Assembly (NCBI RefSeq): GCF_009914755.1
Contig: NC_060937.1
Direction: 5' to 3' (one strand)
DNA from: the human T2T-CHM13v2.0 reference genome, Homo sapiens
DNA: 64,000 nt
In this document: piece by piece, positions 1-13,409 of the stretch
Layout: every line of letters begins with the position of its first letter
Numbering within the stretch: the first letter of the stretch is position 1
The notes under the pieces: generated by a model
Database searches by the model: none
What the model was told of the DNA's origin: nothing
The model's input: the letters and a program-made list of their open reading frames with translations, nothing else
Program-made: the position numbers and the translations under genes

Positions 1-275
<275 letters not shown>

Positions 276-530
276 CAGGGTTGGTTTCTTCTGAGGCCTC
301 TCTCCTTGGCTTGCAGATGGCTATCTTCTCCATGTCTTCATGTGGTCTTCCCGTGTGGTGCGTCTGTGTCTAAACCTCTTCTTGTAAGGACACCAGTCAT
401 AGTAAGTTCAAGTCCATCCTAGCTGCCTCATTGTAACTTAATTACCTCTTTAAGGACCCATCTGCAAATACGGTCACATTCTGAGGAACTGGGGTTTAGC
501 ACTTTGATATATAAATTTGGGGGTAAAACC
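276..530 (-). mobile_element. MLT1B/MLT1C-type MaLR LTR fragment, interrupted by the AluY
   Basis: GGTTTCTTCTGAGGCCTCTCTCCTTGGCTTGCAGATGG...TAAGGACACCAGTCAT...GGTCACATTCTGAGG match the antisense MLT1 consensus; homologous to the copy at 30778-31148. Confidence 0.8.
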
Positions 531-1254
531 GCAGCTTATAAGAATCACTAATAGTACTCATGTCATGTGAATGTTGTTAAAATAGGCTATTACTTGTGAA
601 AACACATTGTAAACTTAAAATGGGTAATCAAGGTTAAATGGTGCTTTAGGCAGGGTAGGCATCAACTGCTATCAAACACACAAAAATAATAATTCTCAGG
701 GACTTAAGACAATAAAAATATGATACAAACCCATGAAAAATCCAATGTAGATGTTCCCAGTAAGCACACGGTGAATTGAAGATGTAGGCTAGTTCCATCA
801 TGTTGTAAGGTCTTGGTGTCCTTTCCTGAATTCTGTGCTTCCAGGCAAGAGGTGGAAAAAGATAGTATAGGAAATGTGTAGGGAGGACGTGTGAGAGGAT
901 CAGGCCCAGAAGTGGCAACCACCCTCCCACACACATTCCACATTCCATGAACAACAGTCCCGTGGTCCCAACCAGATATGAGGAGCCTGGGAAATATGGT
1001 CTAGTAGTGAACAAAGGAAGGGATAAAGAATATAGGTCTTCTTAATTGTGGTGAAAAATTAGTAAGAAATTTTCCAAAAAAAATTAGCCAATCCTTGCCA
1101 TAAAAATTATCTGTACATTTATTTTAATTGGACTTTGAAACATAAGTAGGCGTCCAAAGATGAAAATGGGGCAGTGATTACATTCTAAAGAAAATGATAT
1201 GACCAATAGATAAAAAATGTATGATTCTTTAAATCAAGGAAATACAATGTAGAG

Positions 1255-1510
1255 GTGAAAAGTCTGTAGCTAGGGCCTGGGGGTTATATTCCTGCTTCTT
1301 CCATATTTTTAGCCGAGAAGCAATCCATTGTTAAATTCTCTAAGCTTCAGTTCCTTCCAAAGTCAATTACCCACAGTATTACCTTATTGCTACTATAATA
1401 TAACATCTCATAGGTATTTTTGTTAGAATTAACATGGAGAATATGAATTGAGTAATTTGCACATCTCATGGTGTATTGTGAGCACTTAATTAAGACTCAA
1501 TAATATTGTG
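1255..1510 (+). mobile_element. Degenerate MIR SINE
   Basis: MIR-like core (TTAAATTCTCTAAGCTTCAGTTCC...) and 3' end (...GACTCAATAATATT); heavily diverged. Confidence 0.45.
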
Positions 1511-1680
1511 ATGTTCCATGGCAACAGCGGACAAAGATCTACTGCCTAAACCAGTGTATTTTTTCATCTCTATTTCCTAATTTGGTCGAAGTTAATATCT
1601 TATTAACTGAAGAAGTTATAATGAAAACTGTGAAGATGAAGGCAGAACACATAGCTTGGAGGATCATGTTAGATGCTCAC

Positions 1681-1747
1681 ACTGAAGACCCAATCAAGTA
1701 CTATTGCCGCTACTTGCTTGGCAATAGTACGTGATTGGGTCTTCAGT
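1681..1747. other. Long inverted repeat / hairpin (28-bp stem, 1 mismatch, 11-nt loop)
   Basis: ACTGAAGACCCAATCA-A-GTACTATTGCC (1681-1708) pairs with GGCAATAGTAC-G-TGATTGGGTCTTCAGT (1720-1747). Confidence 0.9.
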
Positions 1748-2679
1748 TTTTAAAAATTTTAGTAGTTTATGGTTCAAGAGTTCTAGGGAAATTCCACAAA
1801 GATATTTTTCAAAATGGTGTCCAAAACTACATGTATTCATTCTGAGAGGAAACTTACCCACCTCATCTCACCCAGAACCCATTTCAATGAAAAGATTGAC
1901 TTGCTTAATTAGACTCACACAGAGTTTTGGTTCTGCTCCTCCGGTTGAATCTTTGACAAAATTCAAGCTAAAGAAATTTTGGAATTTCACTATGAATACT
2001 TCTTGGCATTAGTGATAACTGTTGGAGACTAGACCTTTGTCCATAGACTGGCTAAAAAGTGAGTTAACTTCAAAAATAGCCCCTGAGAACATTCATTTGC
2101 TTGGGCACTTACCAGAGAAGCACTCAGGACTTGGACATGATTATAAACCAAAATGTCAACACTATGAATTACATGTAGAAATAAAGAGGCAGCCAGAGTG
2201 GGCTCTAGAGCACAGCTGGTGGAGGCGCCACAAATCCGATGACCTTAAGCGTATGGCAACTGTTGTCTTCCAGCTGGGACTTCTGGGTGTCACTCAGTGC
2301 TATTATCCCAAAGCAGATTACCAGAATTAGCTCTCAAATCATTTAAGGCTCAAACTTCAGAAAATCTAAATAAGCAAATGAGCATGTACCTAGAGACCAT
2401 ATATTTAACGAAACACATGTTCGGCAATATTTCAAAACAGATCTATATAAATTTCCCAAACTTTGTATTGTAATGTAAAATATCATAATTTAGATCATTT
2501 CTACCTACCTAAATATTCCTAAGAGAATTCAAATTGTTAACTGAGTTTGGGGTGATTTCTGTATCTCATAACTGTAACTGTGAATTTGAATATATATATG
2601 TATACATATATTTTATTTTTCCAATACTAGCAGTAGTAGGGATCAGTCAAATTAGCTAAACCAGATTGAGGAGTCAAAA

Positions 2680-3105
2680 ACATTATAATTATAAAAAACT
2701 CAGTGGCTTTCAGGTTGCAAATGTTAAGTTTACTCTCTAATTATCTATTATATGTTGTAAAGTTATACATATATTTAGTAACATTTACCTTGTAAGAAAT
2801 ATCAAAACACAATAATAAACATAATAATAAAAAATCTCTCTTTTGGATAGTAAATGTTGCATTTATCCTCTGATTATCTATTAGATACTTAAAAGGTATA
2901 TATAAATTTAGTAACATTTACCTAGTAAGAAATATCAGAAGACAAAAAAATAGTTAAGCGTATTATGATAATAAAAAAACTCAATTAGTTTCTTCTAGAT
3001 AGTAAATGTTAAATTTACTTTCTGATTAGCTATTATATATTTAAAATATATATTTAAATTGAGTAACATTTACCTAGTAAGAAATATCAAAAGACAAAAA
3101 AACGT
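2680..3105. repeat. Three diverged tandem copies of a ~130-150 bp AT-rich unit
   Basis: AGTAACATTTACCT(T/A)GTAAGAAATATCA recurs at 2777, 2910 and 3062 (spacing 133 and 152); upstream AAATGTT...CT(A/G)ATTA(T/G)CTATTA also repeats. Confidence 0.85.
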
Positions 3106-3364
3106 AGTTCACGCATGTGGAACCATATAAAATGAAGCATTTAACATTGTATACATCTATCAAAATAGTCAAAACATATATATTTTTAAAGTCTATTTTT
3201 GTCTTGTGTTGTGGGAAATGGTGGAAAATACATTCCAAATTTAAAGCTTATTAAGCAAAGCCAAATAGCATTGGCAGATGGATACGTTATCCTGAAAGCC
3301 TAGATAGCTGCCTTTTCTGGCTCAGGAGAAACTATCTTTTAGGCCAAAAAGTATATATGCTTCA

Positions 3365-3480
3365 AATTTGTTCATTTAGGAAATACTTATTGAGTGTCTA
3401 GTGCATGTTTGAGTTTTGTCAAGCCATTAGGAATATAAAAGTAAACAAAGCTCCTTAGTGAGCCTACCTTCTAACAGTGG
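3365..3480 (-). mobile_element. L2 3'-end fragment
   Basis: TTCATTTAGGAAATACTTATTGAGTGTCTA...AGTAAACAAAG is typical of an antisense L2 tail. Confidence 0.5.
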
Positions 3481-4199
3481 CACAGTGAAAATAGGTAGAT
3501 AATTTTCTTTACAACTTCAGTATAATATGTTATGATAAGCAAGCTTCCACCAAAATCTGTCCTCCTATTTCAAATGTACATGGGGTGTGGCCCTTTCTCT
3601 CACGCTGCAAGGTGGGCAAAAGCCATGTGTGCCCACTTCTCAAAGCTTATAATGTAGCTCCCTCCTCTGTCCTCTCTTCAGCTGCTACCAAGGCAAGATT
3701 TGGAAAAAAAAAAGAAAAGAAAAGAAAAAAAACTGCAAATGAAATAAACCTCTCATCCTGAGTCCCCATGAAAAGAACAACCACCCAGTGACCAGGAATA
3801 TTCACTTCGACCAAAAAGGTGAGAATAACAAACTTATTAGACTCGAACCGTTATACATCAGGTGGTCTATTTATATTTCAGTTGAACTTAGTTAACTATT
3901 ACACATGGGGAAAATATGACAGCATAAGGGGAAAAGGCATGCCTAGGCTGTTGGAGTGGGGAGGAATTTAACTTGGTCAGATAAGCCCTTCTCATAAAAT
4001 GACGTTGATGAATAATAGAAGATGGTCTAGGAGCCTTACCCTCCACTCACGCACCAGGTGTCCCTTGTTCTCCACTCCCACCCCAAGGACAATGCCCCAT
4101 CCCTTCCCCTCTCACTCTCCTTTTCATACGTCTCCAGTGTACCCTTGTCACTGACACACTCCCATATTATTATATCACTCACTTAAAAATTCCATTTAT

Positions 4200-5640
4200 T
4201 CCCTCATTTTTTTTCCTGCAGGTACTGTCTTTCTGTCTACAACCGAAGTGCTAGAAAAGTCTGTCCATGTTTATTGCCTCTCCTTCCATTCTTCTACAGA
4301 TGCTCTCTATTAAGTTTCTGTCAAGTATACCGAAGACTACATAGTCTTATGACCACTTCTTGATCCTCACCCTATAAAACCTGTCTGAGGCATCTGACAA
4401 TTTTCTTCCTTGAAATGTTGACTTCAGTTAGTTTTCAGGATGCCACACTAACCTGGTTTTTGTTCTATTTTTCTTCCGATTTCTTCTCTTCTATTTGGCT
4501 TGTTACTTCTTATCTCCTTGTCCTTCTAATGTTGCACTACTCCAGTGCTCAGATCTTGAAAATCTTTTCTATCCTTCCTCATTCCCTAGTTTATTGCATT
4601 CTGTCTCATGAGTAGATATGCGCTCTATCCTCTGATAATTATTCAATTGGAATTTCACACTTAGGTCTTTCACAGGGGTGCTAGATAGTAGCCATTTCCT
4701 ACTCTGTTCAAAACTGAGTCCCCAAGTTCCCTCTATCTGATTATGTTGTAATTCTTCCATTCTTAGTTGTATTCATTCACCTTCCTGACATTCTTAAGGC
4801 CCAGAAATTTGATGTTGCCAGAGACTTCTCAATTTCATTGCCCTCAGTCTTTTACTCTATTCCAATTTGTCAGTAAATCCTGGCAGCTTCAATATGTAGA
4901 ATTCAGACACATTTCACCCTCCCAACTCACTATCGTCTCTTACCAAAATGCTATAATACCTCAGTCGTTTCCAACCTGAGCTCATTTCCACCATTTCACC
5001 TTGCAGTATCTTCTCAAAAATCAGCCACAGCAGTTCAACTAAAATGCCATTCCTCACTCAAATGTTTATAATGCCTTCTCAGCTCACTCAGAGTAAAATA
5101 CAAAATCTCACGACTCTAAACCCTACATGACTTAGTGTCACTTTGCCTCTTCTAGTTCCTATTTTTTCCTGCCATCCCTCTTGGGCACCAGGGCACTCTG
5201 GCACCTTGGAAGAGCCTCAGATTTAATTAAGGTTCCCCCAGGATTCACTTCTCATGGAAACGACAGATGTCAACATGGTGAGGGTTCTCACTTTCAGCAG
5301 GTGTATTCAAATCTCATCGTCCCAGTGAAGCTATCCTTGGCCACTCTATCTAAAACAGTAACTCTCGACTATGGCAGTTCATACTCTGCCTCCCTGCTTT
5401 ATTGATTCTTTAGTCCTTACTTTATTTATTTATTCCTGCCCTTTTTTATTTAGTCCTTACTGTCTACAATGTAAGATCTTTGTACATAGACACAAGCTTG
5501 TTTATTGTTTCTGCTTGTTTATACACTGTGTGAAGGTAGAGTTGTCTGTTTTTTCACTTCTGTATTCCCAGTGTCTAGAACACAATGTCGTACATAGAAG
5601 ATGCACAATAAATATTCATGGAATGATTGGCTGAAATAAT
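4200..5640 (+). mobile_element. L2a LINE, 3' ~1.4 kb
   Basis: L2 RT/3'UTR-like pyrimidine-rich sequence (TTCTTCCTTGAAATG...TTTCAGGATGCCACACT...CTGTATTCCCAGTGTCTAGAACA) ending in AATAAATATTCATGGAATGA. Confidence 0.75.
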
Positions 5641-7669
5641 TAGAAAATATTATAAATTGTGCATTCTATCATTGTAAATAGTATATTTATATATCCAGAG
5701 ATAACATCGTCATCTTTTTTCTATCTTGCTAAGTTATGAAATACTAAAATACTTTTAAAATGTATGAATGTATAGTTTTAGTCCATTGTGTTGAAGTTTG
5801 TATATCAAAATATCATAAAAATAGAACAAACATTTAAAATGAATTCTTCCATTTTCTGTAAACCATTTTCCACCTATTACAGGCAATAATGCTAGTATGT
5901 CAGTGCCAAAATGCTAGATTCCAAGCTTTTTCCAAAGGAGCTTTAAAAAGATGAGTGTCTGAAGATATTCTTTTTTCTATGGGCTCCACTTCAGAAACAG
6001 AATTTAATCAAAATTGGCTTCTATAGTCCTGACATGATTGTATGCCATTTCCTAACCAACCTGACACCATACGGGGTTCAAAATCATTCTGGGATTGGAG
6101 GATTCACTTTTCTACTCATCAATTATAATTTCTAATAATAATGCTCCTGCCTTTGTAATTTACAATGGTTCTTTAATTTAAAAAATCGCAAAATTTCTGA
6201 AATAATCAGGTTACCTTCTGGAGTTGCAGGGTTTTTTTAAGTGAACACTAAACATTCTGCTATATATGACATTTTCTAAATATATGTTTAGAGATAAAGG
6301 CATTTGTTATCTTTGTTCTATACATGTCTTTTCTTTTTATGTCTAAAAATGAAAACACACAAGTAAAATGCTTGTTAGTAAATTTATTACTGCCAAATTC
6401 ATAAATTAAATAAAAAACTCACATTATTTGGAAATGTCATTCATAGGTTATTTCACAGTAGCAAGTACAAAGGTATAAATGTCTGGCATTTAACAAGCTT
6501 CTATTCTTTCTTTAATTCCTTTTGATGTTGAGGTCTCTATAAAGATGAGAAAACCAACCTAAATGGATTTCACTTGAAAATCAAAATGAGTTGTGTCTGA
6601 AATTTTCTTGTATCTGTGACAGTTTAAATCCCTCCTGAATATTCTATACTTCTCTGGTTTTATCAAAAGAAACATGGCAAAGAGGTTAGAGTATTTTCAC
6701 TCAATCAGATGATGGTAGTGAAATGGAAAGAGAGTAAGGATACTGTGTCCAGAAGTGGCTGTGTTTTATTGCTTTGTGGGCCCTGCAGCCACTTTATGAA
6801 GGCGGAGGGAGGGAGTTTCAGAGTGCAGGTGGCTACCGGCTCGCCTTCAGTACCGACCTAAGCTCTTACTCTGAAAAAGAGGCCAGGTGGCCCCCAAGGA
6901 ATTATAGAAGGAAACCATGTAAAAGTTGAAATAAGAAAAGCCTAGGGAATAAATAAAAAAACATGTGTTCACAAGGGCGAGCACTCCAAGGAATGCCACC
7001 TCAGCAGAAATCTGGTAACTAGGCCAGGCGGAGAACGTTCTTCCTAGGTTAAATTATTCTTGCAAAAATCTTTCCTATCTCTTCCTTAACCTTCAATTCT
7101 GCTATATTTTTTAATGTTCAGAAAAACATTAAGTATAAATTTTAGAAACAGACTCAAATTCAGCAAATTTGATGTTACATATTTATAAAGCCATTGACTG
7201 CAATTCCTCCAACTGGTTAATATGTAATCCTCCTGATGAAATTGACAGGTAATTGATGTTTTTATTTTCAGTTTGAGCATTCATCTTAGTATCAGTGTAA
7301 TTTAGACTACGCAATAATATAACTGCATTAATGAATAGTTTTTTAATTATATTTTAACATTTCATATTCAAATTTTACAAGAATTCTTGATGAAATAGTC
7401 TCTTTTAATTTGCTTAGATTTATGGACATGATATTATGTGTCAGTTGAGGGAAAACAGCTCACCAAGCTTGACCTATGCTTATGGCCTTGTGCTAATTAA
7501 TCAAGAATAGGCTGCAGCTCCTCTTGCTAATGACCTCATCAACAATGGGTATAGTTTCAGGATAGAAAAAACAAAAGGTGAATCCTAATTATTATTTTTT
7601 TCAGTTTGGTTTTCTCCTTGAATAGTGTGGGGAGGCTCTGGAGGCAGACTGGCTGAGTTCATAGTCTAA

Positions 7670-7915
7670 AAATAATAACTCATATTTACTGTGCCTTTGT
7701 CAATGACAGGCATATGTGAAATACTTTGTAAATGAATCATCTAATTAAATTATCACAGCAGTGCTAAGTGATAGAAACTATTACTATCCTCATTTTTTAG
7801 ACAGACCAAATCTTAGCATGGCTAATTTACTTGTTCAAAGTGATATATCTAGTAGATGGCAAGGTCAGGATATAAACCCAGGCATTCTGGTTCTGGACCC
7901 AGTACTCTGAATCTG
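7670..7915 (-). mobile_element. MIR (MIRb-like) SINE
   Basis: CTATTACTATCCTCATTTTTTAGACAG...AATTTACTTGTTCAAAGTGATATATCTAGTAGATGGCAAGGTCAGGATATAAACCCAGGC matches the antisense MIR core. Confidence 0.75.
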
Positions 7916-7989
7916 AGTACAGTAGATCATTGATACATGTTAGTTTCTTTCTAGCTATACAATTTTCAAAACCCTTTTCAAAGCATATT

Positions 7990-8730
7990 TTTTATTCAAA
8001 GAATATTTTTTATTACATAAAATGTTATATATACAGTTGGGCTTTTATTTGTTGTCTACCTGGACCTTTCTGTTCTTCAATACACCAAAGGTAAGATTAT
8101 GTTAAATGTGGTGCATTTCTTTCCAGGCCCATTCGTCATTTGGTTATAAATGTATATGACCATCCATAGTACATTAAGAAATGTAAACATTCTTCAACTT
8201 GGTTTTGTTATCATTATGTCTTAAAATTTACTTTAGTTATCTATGTTAAATTATATAAATATGTCAAAGTTTACCCATTCCACTATTAATATAAAATCAG
8301 ATTGTTCCTACATTTTACTAAAGTAACTGATTCTGTAATGAGCCTACTTGTCACTTTGATTTTTGCATATGCAAATTGTAGGCAAAAGTTGCTCACAGTT
8401 AATCTATTTTTCCTGCAGGAACATTTCCTTGTGTAGAAACATGACAAATAAGTCTGTTAAGTCATGGGGCATGTGTAGTCTTCTGCTAACTGGGAAAAGC
8501 CTGATAGTTCTCCCTAGTCTCAAGAGTAAAGAGCCTTTTTGGACTTGCTTTCTGCCATATCATCACCATCAGTTTATATATCAGATTTCTTGTTTTTTAA
8601 AAATATTTTCTGCCATTATAAAGGTTACAAAATAGTGTTCATTAGTGATTTATTATATCTCTCCCTGATGACTGTGTAAGTTGAGAATCTTTTCTATTAG
8701 TTATTCAGGATTTCTTTTCCATAAACTCAT
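7990..8730 (-). mobile_element. Old L1M (L1ME/L1MD-like) 3' fragment
   Basis: Degenerate antisense L1 3'-region motifs (...CATATCATCACCATCAG...AAATAGTGTTCATT...CCCTGATGACTGTGTAAGTTGAGAATCTTTTC). Confidence 0.5.
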
Positions 8731-8739
8731 TCATTCACT

Positions 8740-9210
8740 TATTTATTTAAGATCTGAAGGGAGTTAAGAGGAAATGTGAAATGAACACGAGAACATAATG
8801 GTAGTGATTTCAGGGGTGAAGTTGAAATCATAGAAATTAGTGTGGGAATCATCAGCATAAACATGGCACTTAGTGTTATATAAATGATATCACACCAAGA
8901 ATGAGTAGGGAGAGAGGAGAAAAGCTTCAAGGCTTGAGCCTCAATGCTTGAATATTACGAAGTCTCAGAAAAAGGAGGGATAGCCACTAGAGAGAGTGAG
9001 ACAAACCAAAAAGAAGAAAAAATGAAGACAATTTGATGTTTAGGAAGGCAAGAGAATGCTCCCAGAATGAGGGAGAAATCATCTGGATAAACATAGCTGA
9101 GAAGACAAGAAAGAGGAGGACCAACATTTGATCATTTGAGTTGACATTTTGAAGACTGTGGATAAGAGCAGCTTTGGTGGAGTGGGGAAATTCAATAAGT
9201 ACGGACACTT
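8740..9210 (-). mobile_element. L2 fragment (part 1; continues at ~13410)
   Basis: GGGAATCATCAGCATAAACATGG is the antisense L2 YADD region; purine-rich antisense L2 pattern. Confidence 0.7.
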
Positions 9211-9219
9211 TTTTCATTC

Positions 9220-10090
9220 AGTTTTTCCTTTATTTTCCAGCTTTATTGTTATAATTGAGAAATAAAAACTATACATTTACTGTGTACAACATGATCATTT
9301 TATATACATGTATACATACACATTATGAAATGATTACTGAAACCAAGCTAATTAACGCATCCATCACCTCATATAGTTATGTGCATGTGTCAGAACACTT
9401 AAGACCTACTCTCTTAGCAAATTTCTAGTATGTGGTGCAGTATTACTAACTAGAATCACCATGCCACACATTAGAGCTCCAGAACTTATTCATCTTATAA
9501 ATGAAAGTTTGTAGCCTTTGACCAACATCTCCCTATCCCCTACCCATACCAAGCCCTAGCCCCTGGCAACTACCATTTTACTATCTGCTTCTACAGGTTT
9601 GACTTTTTAGATTCTGCATATAAGTGAGATCATATAGTATTTGCCCTTTGGTGTCGGGCTTATTTCACTTAGAATAACATTCTCCAGGTTATATGAAGCA
9701 CACTTTTTTTTTTCCAATTCATCCATCAGTGGACACGTAGATAATTTCCATAGCCTGGTCATTGTGAATAACGTTGCAATAAGCTTGGGAATGCAGGTAT
9801 CTGTTGAAGACACTGATTTCCATTTCATTTGGATGTATATACCCAGAAGTGGGATTACTGAATCATCTTGTTATTCTGTTTTGAATTTTTTGAGGAAACT
9901 CTTTACTGCTTTCCAAAATGGTTGCACTAATTTAGGTTCCCATCAGCAGTGCACAAGGCTTTCCTTTTCTCCACATTCTTACCAACAACTTGTAATCCGT
10001 TGTCTTTTTGATAACATGTTCTATACATGTGTTTTATTTTTATAACACACTCACATCCTGACGTGTGTGAGGAGATCTTTCATTGTGTGT
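9220..10090 (-). mobile_element. L1MA-type (L1MA8-10-like) 3' end
   Basis: T-rich start, then CAGCTTTATTG...AAGCTAATTAACGCATCCATCACCTCA...; minus ORF 9607-9828 resembles the ORF2 C-terminus (DTCIPKLIATLFTM, ENVILSEIS). Confidence 0.85.
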
Positions 10091-10167
10091 GTGTGTTTTT
10101 TTTTACGTAAATAAGGTGTTATAATGAAAGGGACAATTTCAGGAAGGCATCATTAATGTGTGTATAT

Positions 10168-13100
10168 TTCTTTTTTATTATTATTATACTTTAAGTTCTG
10201 GGATACATGTGCAGAATGTGCAGGTTTGTTACACAGGTATACACGTACCATGGTGGTTTGCTGCACTCATCAACCCGTCATCTACATAAGGTATTTCTCC
10301 TAACGCTATCCCTCCCCTAGCCTGCCACCCCTGACAGGCCCCTGTGTGTGATGTTCCCCTCCCTGTATCCATGTGTTCTCATTGTTCAACTCCCACTTAT
10401 AAGTGAGAACATGCAGTGTTTGGTTTTCTGTTCTTGTGTTAGTTTGCTGAGAATGATGCTTTCTAGCTTCATCCAAGTCCCTGCAAAGGACAGGAAATCA
10501 TCTTTTTTATGGCTGCCTAATATTCCATGGTGTATATGTGGACATTGTCTTTATCCAATCTATCACTGATGGGCATTTGGGTTGGTTCCAAGCCTTTGCT
10601 ATGGTGAACAGTGCTGCAATAAACATACGTGTGCATGTGCTTTTATAGTAGAATGATTTATAATCCTTTAGGTATATACCCAGTAATGGGATTCCTGGGT
10701 CAAACGGTAGTTCTGGTTCTAGATCCTTGAGGAATCGCCACTCTGTCTTCCCCAACAGTTGAACTAATTTACACTCCCACCAACAGTGTAAAAGTGTTCC
10801 TATTTCTCCACATCCTCTCCAGCATCTGTTGTTTCCTGACTTGTTGCTGATCGCCATTCTAACTGGCTTGAGATGGTATCTCATTGTGGTTTTGATTTGC
10901 ATTTCTCTAATGACCAGTGATGATGAGCTTTTTTTCATATGTTTGTTGGTCACATAAATGTCTTCTTTTGAGAAGTCTCTGTTCATATCCTTCACCCACT
11001 TTTTGATGGGGATGTTTGTTTTTTTCTTGTAAATTTGTTTAAGTGCCTTGTAGATTCTGGATATTAGCCCTATGTCAGATGGATAGATTGCAAACATTTT
11101 CTCCCATTCTGTAGGTTGCCTGTTCACTCTGATGATAGTTTCTTTTGCAGTGCAGAAGTTCTTTAGTTTAATTAGATCCCATTTGTCAATTTTGGCTTTT
11201 CCTGACATTGCTTTTGGTGTTTTAGTCATGAAGTCTTTGCCAGTGCCTATGTCCTGAATGGTATTGCCTAGGTTTTCTTCTAGGGTTTTTACAGTTTTAG
11301 GTCTTACATTTAAGTCTTTAATCCACCTTGAGTTAATTTTTGTATAAGGTATAAGGAAAGGGTCCAGTTTCAGTTTTCTGCTTATGGCTAGCAATTTTCC
11401 CAACACCGTTTATTAAATAGGGACTCCTTTCCCCATTGCTTGTTTTTGTCAGGTTTTTCAAATATCAGATGGTTGTAGAAACATTATTTCTGAGGCCTCT
11501 GTTCTGCTCTATTGGTCTATATCTGTTTTTGTACCAGTACCATGCTGTTTTGGTTACTGTAGCCTTGTAGTATAGTTTGAATTCAGGTAGTGTGATGCCT
11601 CCAGCTTTGTTCTTTTTCCTTAGGATTGTCTTGGCTATACAGGCTCTTTTTTGGTTCCATATGAAATTTAAAATAGTTTTTTAAATTATTCTAAGAAAGT
11701 CAGTGGTAGCTTGATGGGCATAGCGTTGAATCTATAAATTACTTTGGGCAGTATGGTCATTTTCACGATGTTGATTCTTCCTATCAATGAGCATGGAATT
11801 TTTTTTTTATTTGTTTGTGTCCTCTCTTATTTCCTTGAGCAGTGGCTTGTAGTTCTCCTTGAAGAGGTCCTTCACATCCTTTGTAAGTTGTATTCCTAGG
11901 TATTTTATTCTGTTTGTAGCAATTGTGAATGGGAGTTCACTTATGATTTGACTCTCTGTTTGTCTATTATTGGTGTATAGGAATGCTTGCGACTTTTGCA
12001 CATTGATTTTGTATGCTGATACTTTGCTGAAGTTCCTTATCAGCTTAAGGACATTTTGGGCTGAGATGATAGGGTTTTCTAAATACGCACTCATGTCATC
12101 TGCAAACAGAGACAATTTGACTTCCTCTCTTCCTGTTTGAATATCCTTTATTTCTTTCTCTTGCCTAATTGCCTTGGCCAGAACTTCCAATACTATTTTG
12201 AATAGAAGTGGTGAGAGAGGGCATCCTTGTCTTGTGCTGGTTTTCAAAGGGAATGCTTCCAGCTTTTGTCCATTCAGTATGATATTCCTGTGGGTTTGTC
12301 ATAAAAAGTTCTTATTATTTTGAGATACGTTCCATCAATGCCTAGTTTATTGAGAGTTTTTAGCATGAAGAGGTGTTGAATTTTATTGAAAGCCTTTTCT
12401 GCATCTATTGAGATAATTACGTGTTTTTTTCCACTGGTTCTGTTTATGTGATAGATTACATTTATTGATTTGCATATGTTGAACCAGCCTTGCATCCTAG
12501 AGATGAAGCCAAGTTGATTGTGGTGGACAAGCTTTTTGAGGTGCTGCTGGATTCGGTTTGTCAGTATTTTATTGAGGATTTTCACATCAATGTTCATCAG
12601 GGATATTGGCCTGAAATTTTCTTTTTTCGTTGTGTCTCTGCCAGGTTTTGGTATCAGGATGATGCCAGCATCATAAAATGAGTTAGGGAGAAGTCCCTCT
12701 TTTTCTATTGTTTGGAATAATTTCAGAAGGAATAGTACCAGCTCCTCTTTGTACCTGTGGTAGAATTCAGCTGTGAACCCATCTGGTCCTGGGCTTTTTT
12801 TGGTTGGTATGCTATTAATTACTGCCTTAATTTCAGAACTTGTTATTGGTCTATTCAAGGATTCTACTTCTTCCTGGTTTAGTCTTTAGAGGGTGTACGT
12901 GTCCAGGAATTTATCCATTTCTTCTAGGTTTTCTAGGCTATTTGCATAGAGGGGTTTATATTTTTCTCGATGGTAGTTTGTATTTCTGTGGGATCAGTGA
13001 TCTTCTCTTTATAATGTTTTTGTGTCTGTTTGATTCTTCTCTCTTTTCTTTTTTATTAGTCTGGCTAGCGGTCTATCTATTTTGTTAATCTTTTCAAAAA

Positions 13101-13406
13101 ACCAGCTCCTGGATTCATTGATTTTTTTGAAGGGTTTTTTGTGTCTCCATCTCCTTCAGTTCTGCTCTGATCTTATTTATTTCTTGTCTTCTGCCAGCTT
13201 TTGAATTTGTTTGCTCTTGCTTCTCTAGTTCTCTCAATTGTGATATCAGGGTGTCGATTTTAGATCTTTCCTGCTTTCTCCTGTGGGCATTTAGTGCTAT
13301 AAATTTCCCTGTAAACACTGCTTTAGCTGTGTCCCAGAGATTCTTGTACATTGTGTCTTTGTTCTCATTGGTTTCAAATAACTTATTTATTTCTGCCTTA
13401 ATTTCA
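10168..13406 (-). mobile_element. 5'-truncated L1PA (L1PA7/L1PA8-like), ~3.2 kb, ORF2 frameshifted
   Basis: L1PA 3'UTR (TATACTTTAAGTTCTGGGATACATGTGCAG). ORF2 pieces 10507-11406, 11807-12247 (LFADD), 12274-12858 and 13115-13351. Homology stops at ~13406; no clear TSD. Confidence 0.95.
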
Positions 13407-13409
13407 AGA

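Noticed and set aside
646-2330. ORFs of 79-122 aa (646-1014, 704-943, 1731-2012, 2022-2330)
   Set aside because: No recognisable domain, mostly non-ATG starts and no exon structure; lengths expected by chance.
2680-3105. CRISPR-like array (repeat of ~28 bp with spacers)
   Set aside because: The intervening sequences are themselves homologous and over 100 bp, the context is primate DNA, and there are no cas genes; it is a tandem triplication.
6780-7010. GC-richer patch with CAGGTGGC (CTCF-like) and TTCAGTACC (REST-half-like) motifs
   Set aside because: Only partial matches; key flanking positions are missing.
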